Part shown: one piece after another, positions 39,397 to 51,014 of the stretch
Layout of the letters: every line of letters starts with the position of its first letter
Position numbering within the stretch: position 1 is the first letter of the stretch
Assembly: GCF_036321535.1 (NCBI RefSeq)
Contig: NC_087437.1
Span: 19,408,001-19,472,000, forward strand
Source of the DNA: Camelus dromedarius
Lineage: Eukaryota
Length of the DNA stretch: 64,000 nt
Direction: 5' to 3'
Notes under the pieces: model-generated
The model's database searches: none
Told to the model about the DNA's origin: nothing
Seen by the model: the letters and a program-made list of their open reading frames with translations, nothing else
Translations under genes and position numbers: made by a program

Positions 39397-39878
39397 CAGA
39401 TCTTCCTCGACTTACAACAGGGCTAGTCCATACAAACCCATCATAAAGTTGAAAATACGCTAAGTCCAAAATGCATTTAATATGCCTAAACTACTGAACA
39501 TCACAGCTTAGCCTAGACGACCTTAAATGTGCTCAGAACACTTACATTAGCCTACAGTTGGGGAAAATCCTATAACACAAAGCCCGTTTATTTTATTTTA
39601 TAATAAAGTTTTGACTTGTTTGTGTACTTGATTGAATACTGTACTGAAAGTGAAAGACAGAGCAGTTGTAAGTGTATGGGTTGTTACCCTCGTGGCTGTG
39701 GGCAGACTGGGAGCTGCGGCTGGCTGCCCTGGGCTGGCATCACAAGAGAGGACCATACGGATACCGCTAGCCCCGGAAAAGAGCAAAGTTCAAACTTGGA
39801 AGTCCAGTGTCTACAGAATGCATATCTCTTTCACATCAACGTCAAGTAGAGAAATGTTAACAGGTCAGGGGCCATCTG
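39397..39878 (+). mobile_element. MER47/Tigger5-family non-autonomous DNA transposon with TA TSDs
   Basis: TA|CAGAT..CCTCGACTTAC ... CCATCTG|TA termini, with internal gcttagcctag..gtgctcagaacacttacattagcctacagttggg. Confidence 0.85.
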
Positions 39879-40872
39879 TACTTTGTTCTGTCATTTGTTT
39901 TTTGCTGCTGCTCCTCTGCTGTATCCTCTCGAACCCATCCTCTGTCTCGTCTCATAATGTTCATATCCTTATTCTTGTCCATATCATTTCATATCCATAT
40001 CCTTTTTCTTGTGCTCTGGGAGAATTGTCTGGACTGGTGTCCTGATTCTCTGTTCAGTTGCCAGAAATAGCCTCTGCCACCTGTCTCCACTGAGCTCTAA
40101 TGTGGCGACGACATTTTTCATCCCAAAAGCCCTTCCCTGTCCTCAGACTGCTCCTTTCCCCCGACGGGCTGCTCTTAGCTTTATCACATTCTCCTCTTGT
40201 CTCTCACGAGAACCAGAGATTTTAAAATTTTATCTCAAATGGAGGGTCACGTGGCCTAAACCTGCAGGCTGGGGGCATCTTTGGAAGTGTAGTTCCTTCT
40301 CAGATGACCCCTGACTTCTCTCCAGCCAGTCAATTGCCTCCAGAAAGGTCCATCTGTCCAGTATGGAAGGGTGGGCAGCCCTGTCAGAGTCTGGGTAGGT
40401 CCTCGTTTAATTATTTTGTTCACAGCTAAAGGATAAAGGCAACATTTAGGTTTATTGTAATTTTTCTTTGCGTCTTAGAAATATTTCAAGGTACAGGTCA
40501 AAGGAAACAGCCATTGACAGGATATTCGCCACTTCTAAGTTTTACCTATAGTATTTTACTGACTGAAATGTACAAGGTAGGAAAAAATGGATTTTTTTCT
40601 TCAAATACTTAGGTGACTGTCTGTTTCCTTTAATTAAATAATTTGTACCCCCCACCATTGACATTTTGTTTTTCCCTTGTCTTATATTATCTTTTCACAT
40701 AGACTTTATGTATCGTTGTGCTGTCCTGAGTCACTATTACACTCATTTAATCACTTTTTTTAAAAAAAAAATCACATTTTAATGTCTGAGAGAGCTTTCT
40801 GAGCACCAGTTTAGTCTTCCATGAGAAACCTGGGATACTGGTTCTCAAATAGAGGAAAATATCCATTGCTAA

Positions 40873-41200
40873 AAAAACAGTACAAATGAACTTATTTACA
40901 AACCAGAAATAAACTCACGCACATAGAAAGCAAACTTATAGTTACCAAAGGGGAAAGAGGAGGAGGGATAAATTAGAATTTTGGGATTAACAGATACATG
41001 CTACTGAATATAAAACAGATAAACAACAAGGGCCTCCTACATAGCATAGGGAACTATATTCAATAGCTTGTAAAAACCTATAATGGAACAGTATCTGAAA
41101 AAGAATATATATATAAAATTCACTTTGCTGTGCACCAGAAACTAACACATTATAAATCAACTATACTTCAATAAATATTTTTTAATTAAAAAAAAGAGAG
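40873..41200 (+). mobile_element. Cetartiodactyl-type L1 3' end
   Basis: acaaatgaacttatttacaaa..tagcatagggaactatattcaata..ctatacttcaataaa followed by an A-rich tail. Confidence 0.85.
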
Positions 41201-41290
41201 AAACATACCCAGTGGCATGTTCACTGAAAAGTCAATCAATGAACGCCCATTCCCCCAAGGAGCTGGTCATATTTCACTTGGTCAAATCTT

Positions 41291-41304
41291 TCAGCAGGGG
41301 GCAG
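41291..41304 (+). promoter_or_regulatory. Candidate CTCF site TCAGCAGGGGGCAG
   Basis: One mismatch to the CCASYAGRKGGCRS core. Motif evidence only. Confidence 0.35.
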
Positions 41305-42439
41305 AGCCTCTGCCTTCAGCGCCCCTCACGTTTTCTGGTTCACGTTAGCCCCAAGAACAGGTGTCCTGAGCTCTTGTGAGTGAATCTTTTTTTCCCTCAT
41401 AGTTTATTTTACACACACACACACGTTTTCATTATGTTGTATTGCAACTGTTACATAGAAAACTCTGTACTTTGTTTATTTTGAATCTGGGCTATGTTAC
41501 TGAGCTTATTAGTTCTAACAGTGTTTCAAATGCCACTCCTGGATTTTCTAAGGTTACACTAACACCACCTGCAATAATGAAAACTGAGTCTCCTTTCTAT
41601 AACCATATATCTTATTTATGACTGATGCCATCAGAAAGTAACAGTGGTGAGTAGGCACACTTTTCTATTTCCTTGCTTCTGTGGGAGTGCCACCATGCAT
41701 TGTGCTAGGTAACTATCCTTCTAGTTCTAATTTACTAAGAGCTTTTAAAAAAAATCCCTGAGTAGGTGCTGGCTTTTATTGAATGACTTTTAAGTGTGTA
41801 CTGAGATGATGATTTAGGTTTCATAAAAATATATTGTCTCAGTAATGAGATATATTAATAGATATCTTTATGGTATACTGGCCTTGAAGACTAGGATACA
41901 TGCTACTGGTCATGTTGAATTATTCTTTTAGTAGCAATTTGATAACCTACTACTTTATATGGGTATTTTGCATCCAAGATTATATTGTTAAACACTAGCT
42001 GTAATGCCACAATATCCTGATCCAATTTTCTTTGTTCTCCAAAATGGCTGTGGTAGATTGAATTATTCGTCTTAATTCCTCACTCTGCCATTATGATATT
42101 GCACACCCACACCTCTGCAGCCTCCCTAGGGCAGAACATACTTCCCTGCCCCTTGGCTTTGGGCTTGGCTGGAGACTTCCTTTGGCCAAATGGGATATTA
42201 GCAGATGCGACGTGATCAGAGACTTAAAACTTGCTTGCTTGGTGCCCATACTGTGCCTGTGTCTCCCCTGTGAGAGCGAGTACACGAGGTAGCCACTGCT
42301 CCTTGTGTTCTCCTGGACCCCAGAGTTATTTAAATGCTTTATGCTGGTAGGAATGTGATAGCATGCGAACACTTCATGGCGCCGGGCTGGTGCTCAGCCA
42401 TTGTGACTCCCTGGGCTGGTGGGTCAGCAGGGGAGGGAA

Positions 42440-43250
42440 CTGTGGCAGATTGTATTTTCCAAAGATGGTCAGCTCATTATCTCCCAGCCGGAGTGCTCTT
42501 CTAGACCTGGCCAGTCTTCCATCGAGAGGAGGACCTGGCCGGGCACCTCTGCTTGTGGCAGAAGTGAGACTGTATGACTTTCAAGGCTGGGTCATTAAAG
42601 TGCATCCACTTCCACCTTGTGATCTGGGGACACTTGGTCTTAGAACCCAGCTACCAGGCTGTGAAAGCCCCAACTAGCCTACGCAGAGAGTCCCCAAAGC
42701 TCAGCTGTGAATACATGAATAAAGTCAATGTCAACGTCCCATCTGAGTCCCCACCGGGACCCAGTATCAACTGCCAGACATGTGAGTGAAGAAGTCTCCA
42801 GACAATCCCTGCTCCCCCCGTCCACACTCTCCCAGTCTTTTTTTGTTGTTAATTATAAAACTATTAATAAACAAAATAAGTAAACTGCGCATAGATTCAT
42901 TGCCATGACGTTAATGAAACTTTGGCATTTCAAAAGATAAAATTATTTTGGTGATATTCTGCATTTCTAGCCTGTATGACAAAGTGAAAGAAAGAAAGTA
43001 TGCAACATGAATTGTAAATATTTCAAAAGTGTTTTCTGTAGTGTGCATTTTTTTGTATATATATATTTTTATTGAAGTATAGTCAGTTTACGGCATTGTG
43101 TTCTCCCAGTCTTTGAGTCTTCCCAGCTGAGCTCACAAATATCCTGGAGCAGAGAAAAGTCATCCCCATGGTACTCTGAGCATCACAAAATGTCAACTTA
43201 CACCACTAAGGTTGTGGTGGTTTGTTAATAGTAATAATAACTAGAACAGG
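42440..43250 (+). mobile_element. MLT1-type LTR interrupted by the 42841-43101 insertion; another MLT-like piece at about 42048-42300
   Basis: tgtggcagattgtattttccaaagatgg start, ccagacatgtgagtgaagaag, cccagctgag..ggagcagaga, accactaaggttgtggtggtttgtta end. Confidence 0.65.
42841..43101 (-). mobile_element. L1 3'-terminal stub plus about 200 bp of probable transduced flank, inside a 13-bp TSD
   Basis: TCTCCCAGTCTTT at 42828-42840 and 43102-43114. L1 terminus at 43048-43101. Confidence 0.75.
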
Positions 43251-43328
43251 AGCAGAGATTCAGAAAGGTTATGTGATTTTTCCCACGGTTCTACTAACAG
43301 GAACTGGCAGGACTGTGATTTCAGGATC

Positions 43329-43360
<32 letters not shown>

Positions 43361-43871
43361 GAAGCATCATCAGTTTACAATGTTGTGTCAATTTCTGGTG
43401 TACAGTGTAATAGTTCAGTCAACACATGAACATACATATGTTCATTTTCATATTCTTTTTCATTATAGGTTACTATAAGATATTGAGTAAAGTTCCCTGT
43501 GCTATACAGTAGAAACTTATTTTATATATATAGTAGTTAGTATCTGCAAATCTCAAAACTCCCAATTTATCCCTTCCCAGTACCTTCCCCGCTAGAAACC
43601 ATAAGTTTGTTTTTATGTCTGTGAGTCAGTTTCTGTTTTGTAAATAAGGTCACTTGTCTTTTTTTTAGATTCCACATATGAGTGATATCATATGGTATTT
43701 TTCTTTCTCTCTCTGGCTTACTTCATTTAGAACAATCTCCAGGCCCATCCCTGTTGCAGCAAATGGCATTATTTTACTATTTTTTTATGGCTAAGTAGTA
43801 TTCCATTGTATAAATATACCACAACTTCTCTATCCAGTCATCTGTTGATGGACATTTTGGTTGTTTCCATG
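43329..43871 (-). mobile_element. L1 3' end with (TAA)n tail and 13-bp TSD, inserted in a MIR
   Basis: AGGACTGTGATTT at 43309-43321 and 43872-43884. Translation WKQPKCPSTDDWIEKLWYIYTMEYY. Confidence 0.88.
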
Positions 43872-43887
43872 AGGACTGTGATTTGAA

Positions 43888-43960
43888 CATGGGTCTGCCT
43901 GTACTTTTTCTGTTGCCTGTACTTTTTCTGTTGATCATGGGTCTGCCTGTACTTTTTCTG
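43888..43960. repeat. Local tandem duplication: three copies of TGCCTGTACTTTTTCTG
   Basis: Copies start at 43896, 43914 and 43944. Confidence 0.9.
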
Positions 43961-46900
43961 ACACTGAGGCTGGGAACCCCTAAGCCAGTCAGGCCTAGAA
44001 GGGTAACGCTAAGTAGCCCCACCTTTGTTTGTGGGTATCCCCAGATCAGATCCCTTGGGCGAATGACAGAGATTCCGCACCCTCCAGAGCTGACCTGACA
44101 GACGAGACCATCTCTCCCAGCAAGACTGGGCTACAGTAAAATATTACTGCTGCTCAAAATGCCAGCAGCCTCACAAACCATGAAGCAAGGACTTAATAGA
44201 ATTCCAAACTGTAAAGACTTCATTATTTCCACGGAGCATGCCTTGGCACATTTACCAGCGTTCTATTAAGAATTACTGTACATATTTAAAACAAAACTAC
44301 AGTGGTCGAAACAGCTGAGAAAAGTTTAGATAATGTGACCACCTCCAATTCTGGGGCTTTTGCTGGGAGAGGCTCGGTGTCCACTGGGCATAGGCTCAGT
44401 CCCACCTGAACCCACTTCATGGACCCTAGTGTCCATTTTCTTCCTTCTTTTGTTGTTGCTGAAAAGCACCCTGGGAACCAGGCCCTGGCAGGCAGGAATC
44501 CTTTAAGAAATATCAGGAGCAATTGTTGCAAAAGCGCTGTTAGGAATCAAGTAAACAAGGAAAAGAAGCTGGAGGGATGATAAGCAGGTTGAAGGGAAAA
44601 AATTAAAAAGAGACCACGCTCTCAACTAAACGGATCTACCTGCTTTATAAAAGCAGTTGGCGTGATTGCCTGGGCCTCCAACCTAAGCCTAGCAAACAAG
44701 ACCTGGCTAAGGCGGTTGAAGTTTTGAGGCCATTTAGGCCCCTTTTCTCTATTTTTCCCATCAGCCCTAGAGCTTATTTAACAACTTTTGCTCCTTTCTT
44801 CTTGTTGTGGTGGTTTGTTTGTTTCTTCAGCAGGATTGCTCTTAGCTCTGAGCTTGCCTATTTAGTGCTCTGCTCTGTGCGCCACTGGCCAGAAGCTCCC
44901 ATCAATTTTGATGTCCACTGTGGGCCTGGACCAGGGAGTCTGCAGCGGTGGGAAGAAGGGATCCAGTGTTCCCATTACCCCAGCAGTGCGGCGGCCCTCT
45001 GGAAGTACCGTGGGCCGGCTGGGACCTTAGTGGCCATTGCTAGAAGTGCAATCATCCTCCCTCCCTCTTCAGTGCCCTCCCTTGGAGTGTGCGCCTCTTC
45101 TGTCTGCCCTCCACTTCCCTCACTTCTTTCTGTGCAAAGACTCTTTCAAAACACAAAGCCCTCTCTGGTCTCCAGAGTCTTTCAATGCCTGAGCTTGTCA
45201 GCTTGAGGCTTCTCTTTCTTTCATATCCAAATGCCTGGTTTTGTGTGCAATTTCTTAAAAACTTGGCAGAGTAAACAACAAAGTGGCAACATTTCAGAGG
45301 GTTTAAATTTCCCTCTGGTCCTGGATAGAAAGGACTTTTTGGTTTCCCCCTCTCCCATCCCATTCTCTACAATCTCCCAGAGCCTCAGGCACTTGGTGCT
45401 GGTCCATTGGCAGTGCCTTCAATCTGTCTGAGCCCTGACAAAGCCTCCAATGAGGTGGCTGGCTCCTCGGGGTCCAATGTGTTTTCAGAGTATCAGAACC
45501 TCTTTCTTTTGCATGCCCCTGTTTTCCATTACTTAACTCCCAGTAACTGCGTCTCTGCCTGCTGAACGGAATGAGTGTCCTTTCAGAGGAGGTGGGTTTT
45601 AAAAAGAACTCACCAGAACTCCCAGATACTAGGGTCTCATGGCTCCTCAGAAACTTGTTACCGACTCGCTGGGGCCTTATATCCGGCAGGAACATCACAC
45701 AGGAAGAAAGGCAGTAGGGGCAGTTCTGGCTCGGTGTATAATCTGCTGAAAGGGTGACTGTAAAGCTGCCGGATCGCTGCTCCCAGCAACCTCTGCGTGT
45801 GGAATCTATGCAAAGCAGCCTTGTTTCTGAGTAACGGATAACTGGTCCTGGGTAATCAGTCCCTTCAACTGTCCTCTCAAGACAGGCTTTGTAGGGGCAG
45901 GAACTTGAGGATTAGCAGGCAGAGGCTCACCTGAGCTTGAGACACAGCTCTGTAGCTGCTGGGCTGTACGACCTGGGGCAAATCACTTGGCCTCTCTTTC
46001 CCCATTCTCTTCACCAGAATCAAATGAGCTAATGCAGGAGACAGAGACAAGTTCAGGGCGAACGCGTGGATGGAGAACATGCTAGAAGTATCAGCTGAAT
46101 TTGAATTTCCCCATACTTCTCTCTCGTTTTCACTACAAACACCATTTCTCTTCTTAAGGCAAGAAGGGCCAGCTTGGCAGGCACTTTAAGCTGGGTGGCA
46201 CACCAGCACTGTAAATCTGAAATAAATATGGGGCAGCCCTGCCCTCATGGGGGTTTAACCCTGGGGAGACAGACTGTCACTGTGGGGTGGCTAATGTGGG
46301 GCTGAGGTGCACTGGGAGCCCCGCAGAGACTCTGAAGGGGTGGAGTAGATTTTCTGGAGGAGAGGACATCTAAACTGAGTCATCCACCATGCAGAAGGCA
46401 GACGGTGACCTGTGAAAGGTAAGTCTTGTTAATCAAATCAATTCTTTCCATTTTCACTGTATTGAAAAGAGACTTTAAAAAAATCCTCAGAACAACTGAA
46501 GCTTGATGACTTTTTGATTCTGCACTAATATCCTTGCCCATTTCTTGATACATTTTCAATTTACCTTCATGGTAATTTACACTCAAGGAAACTGTCCAAG
46601 ATCTGCTAAGGGATTCAATGAAATAGGTCATGGAGTTAAATGCTGTGGCGAAACCTAGGGCTTAATTTTATGGATAAAATTTAAATTGCTTAGCTGCCTT
46701 TTTGCATTAATAGTGTTAAGACTAACGATTGCTCAGTAGATGGGAAGAGATCAAGGTAGGAATCTGGATGCCATCTTCCTGTTCTTTAAGCACATCTGGT
46801 GAGGTTGTGGACTTTGCCCTTGAGGTTAACAGACCTTACATCAGGGAAGAGACCAGAGCAGCCCACTAGCCCACTTCCACCACTGGGGCTGCTCCTAAAA

Positions 46901-48119
46901 CTGCTTTGGGAGAAGGAGCCTGCAACTGGAATTTCCCCCAAGATCGACATTGGGAGGAATGAGAGATATGACGATGTTTTAACATCAGTACTTTTCTGGT
47001 CCTTCTCAAAGTGAGGTCTGCATTCATGTTACTGTGAAAAATGCATATTCCACGCTGCACCCAGACATGCTCTCTGGCAGAGAGGCTTATGAACTTTCAT
47101 TTTTTCCCAAGCATCCCAGGTGATTCTTACGTGCCAGTGGAGAACTGTGGGTCAGCCCTGGCCATAGAGGGATCACTTACGTTCAGTTATCCAAGGTTCT
47201 TTGATTGACCCAGCATCGGGCTCTGTGGTAAAGAAGGACCACTCTTCTATAATGACCAAATTACCAATTTTATGCATATGGACTAAGAGGATAAAGTTAA
47301 TTATATCTCAACAAAAATATTTCATTAAAAAGAAAAGGAGTTCTTAGGTTGTAAATGTTTTAGAGTTTAATGAAATTTCATTTTTGAGGTTAGTTTCCAA
47401 TAATACCCTTACTTTACGTGTCTAACATATTCATCAGTCAATTCTGATTTATGTAAATTATAGATGATCTTGCTCACTTGCAAAATAGGACATAATTTAG
47501 AGTTGCAAAACTAACCTAAAGCTAACCATTCTCAGAAAGCACTAAAAAAATTAATCCCTCTGGGGGGAACATTTTTCTTAAAGTGTTCTTTTTCTTTTCA
47601 TTTCAAGTGTTGTTTAGATTAGTGCTTCTGTAGTTGTTCTGTGTAATGGTTACTAGGCACCTAGCAGCTCCCTGAAAGAAAAAGCATTCCGTGATCCAAA
47701 AAGCTTGGAAAATGCTGGGGCAGACAAAATGAAAGAGGTTTTTACTGTAGACTGCAGATCCTCTGAGAGCCCCTAATATGTGGATGTGCCCAGCAACTCT
47801 CCAAGAAGGGGACAGAAATCTTAGAGTTTGCCAAGCTCCTTTAGCTTTCATGAAACATTCTGCTAGATGAGCGTTCAGAGGACCACAAGTTGTAAAATAT
47901 TCAGTTTAACCCACTGGCAAACTATAGGAGGGAAATCAGGCTGCTTTCACTCCAATGTGCTGCCCTTAAGACCCAGACCTAGGAGAGTGTTCTACAGCTG
48001 GGGGTGTATGTCAGATCACAGGGGAGCTCCCTCCAGCACAAACCTCCCACTCTCGACATCCAAGTTTAAGCACTGATCTAATTTGGGAATTACAGTCTAC
48101 CTGGGAATCACCAGTACTC

Positions 48120-48420
48120 ACAGCCACCATCATGATCAGCTTTTCTGACCAGCCCCACAATCCCTACCATTACCATCACACTGATAGGGCTGCCACCACC
48201 ATTCAATGACCAACAATACCACTGCCATCACCATTACCAACACCACACCAACCATCACTACCACCACCACCACCACACTATGAGCAACCAACGCCACTAC
48301 CATTACTCTACTGTGATCTACATGACCACAGCCACTAGTGCAGCCATCCCCACCACCGCAGCCACCAGAACTCTGTCAGAGCAGCTACCGCCACTGCCCC
48401 ACTGTTGCCATCATCTTTCC
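48120..48420. repeat. Degenerate (CAC/CCA/CAT)n low-complexity tract
   Basis: Seen directly. Confidence 0.8.
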
Positions 48421-48971
48421 TACGTCCAGTCTGAAGAGCAAAAGCAATGTTCTTCTTCCAGGTTGCACTCAACAGTTGGAAGGCTAGATATAATTGCATG
48501 TGTTTATCCCTCATCACTGTGTCACCTCAATAACCACCAAACAGAACCTGACACGGTGTCCCAGCAGAATCTAAAGTCTAGAGTCCAAACATAATCTCGA
48601 TCCAAGGCCAGAGTCCCTCAGTGACCTCTGTGACAAGAATGAAAAATGCCACACAGGGCTGCCATGCCAGCTCAGCTGATGGGAAGATGCAGCCTCAATC
48701 TGCTTTCAGAAATGTGGAAGCTGGACTTCATTGAGTTGTTGGGGAACAGTCCCTGTGCTAGCCATGTGGTAACCGTGGAGGGCTTCACACCCAGCACAAA
48801 ATGAAGCCTGCTGCTCCTTGAGGAGCCAGTCCTGGGGGTCACAGCAAAAAAGAATTTACCCAACTATATATGCTCTAGCTTATGTAATTAAATTACTTTC
48901 AAGTTATACGTTATGTACACGCCACTGTATCTACTGTACATATATAAGTGGGTAATGATAATTATAATAAT

Positions 48972-49445
48972 CTGGACAGTCCCTGACTTTATGATGGTGC
49001 AAAGGTGATATGCATTCAGTAGAAACCACACTTTGAATTTTGAAGTTTGACATTCCCCGGGCTGGTGACATGCAGTATATACTCTCTCGTGATGCTGGGC
49101 AGCGGCAGACACAGCGCTGTCTTGGTCACGTGATCACCAGGATCAATCTATACGCTTACAGACATTCTGTATACATACAACCATTTTGTTTTTCACTTTC
49201 AGAATGGTATTCCATAAATTGCATGATACTATCAACCCTTTATTATAAAATAGGCTTTGTGTTAAAGAATTTTGCCCAAGAGTAGGCTAACGTAAGTGTA
49301 ATTGTTCTGAGCACACTTAAGGTGGGCTAAGCTAAGCTATGATGTTTGGTAGGTTAAGTGTCTTAAATGCACTTTTGACTTTCAACGTTTGCAACTTACA
49401 GTGGGTTTATCAGGATGTAACCAATTGTAAGAGGAGAAGGATCTG
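48972..49445 (-). mobile_element. Second MER47/Tigger5-family element, opposite orientation
   Basis: Reverse complement of the 39397-39878 text: gtaggctaacgtaagtg..ttctgagcacacttaagg..ggctaagct. Confidence 0.85.
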
Positions 49446-51014
49446 TCATGGGTGGCACATATTGACTGCTAGCAAAGTGTTGGGAACTGTGCCAAAGGCT
49501 TTACATATACCGTCTCGTTAACCCTCACACTCCTCTATGAAAGGAGGATTGTGATTGTGATTGTCATTCCCATTTTCCTGATGAACAAACTGAATCACAG
49601 ACATTAAGTGGCTGGCCCAAGGTCACAAAGCAGATTCACTGCAGCACTGAGGTGTTAACCTAGGTAGTCTAGTTCCAGGGATGGTCTTAGCCGAAACTCT
49701 AAGCTGTTAATGCACAGTCTGCACACTGCCTATCCCATATGCAGTGTATAACATCAGCTGTACACACATCATCCTGCATGGAGTGATTTAAGGGGTGTTC
49801 GAGGGTATTGTTGATGATGTGTGATTTGTCTCATGTGCTTATTTTTGAGCCTAGACCCAGAGGAGATGTAAATCCACTAAATCCTAAGTGGTAGAAGAGA
49901 CACGAAAGACCACTAAGTGCAAATCAATTCAGTGCAAAATACAATGGTAGAGAGACAGTTTCTCTCTAGGCAAAGTTCTCATAATTCATATAATAAGTAT
50001 GTGATGAGGGGCTGCGGTGTGCAGGGCACTGGGCGAGGCAGTGCCAAAGCCCTGATCCTTATCCCATAGCTTGTGTGTGTTGAAGTTCTGAGCATTCTCA
50101 GGAAAAGATATCCTAGGTTTGAATAGTTGGGAAGTTTTCCAGGCACTGGAAGACAGTAGCAGCAGATAGGGGATAATTCTGAGGGCAGTGCAGAGGGTGC
50201 CTGCCAAGTTACCGTCATCCTTCCTCCTCACCCTAGTTTGTTCCTTAGACATCTTGATATTAGAAATGGTCACTTTGCAAAGGTACCTACTTACTCTTAA
50301 AGATATACATATATGTGCAGACTTACGTCTACATGTAAACAGATACATCTAGGTAGATTTTTTAAAAAAAAGAAATGGACTCCTTCAAATAGCGTTAAGC
50401 TGTGCCCCACTCTGAGTGTCTACAGCGTGGCCTAGACCATTGTCAGGGATGCTCTGGCACCTGTAGCAGGGGAGGTTGCTGAGCTGAACTTGAAGGCACC
50501 CTCAGCCTAAGAAATCATCACCACCACCCTCATTGTCTCTTTCTTATCAAGTGCCCAGGGTGTGCCAGGCTCTGGACAGAGTGCTTATAGGGTTTAGATC
50601 CTCACAATAATCTCAAAATCCCCAAAGCTTTCTTAACTGTCTTGGCCAAGGTTGCATAGGATGGAAATGGCAATGCTGGGGTCTGAAAGCAGGTCCATTT
50701 GTCTGGCTCTGAAGTTTTGCTTGTTTACATGCTTTGTGCTTGTTTTAACCATATCAAGTAACTCTTAGATTAAGATTCTTCATTTCTAAAGTGGGGGGAA
50801 ATAATGCTATCTTACGGGTTTGTTTGGGGGATTAAATAACAGAATGTACATAAAAACATTTTATAAAATGCAAGAAGACATTCAAATGTAATATTATTAT
50901 TATTATTTTGAATTCAAGCAATAAGATTAAATATTTTTTACTATATAACAAATTTGCTTAGTTATCTAGATAAGGATTTCACAATATAATTATTGGCTTC
51001 CTTGGTAATTTTAT

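Noticed and set aside
43888..43960. CRISPR-like repeat array
   Set aside because: Eukaryotic context, no unique spacers of regular length and no cas genes. It is a simple local duplication.
48280..48594. Thr/His-rich 104-aa ORF
   Set aside because: It is a translation of the low-complexity CAC/CCA tract.
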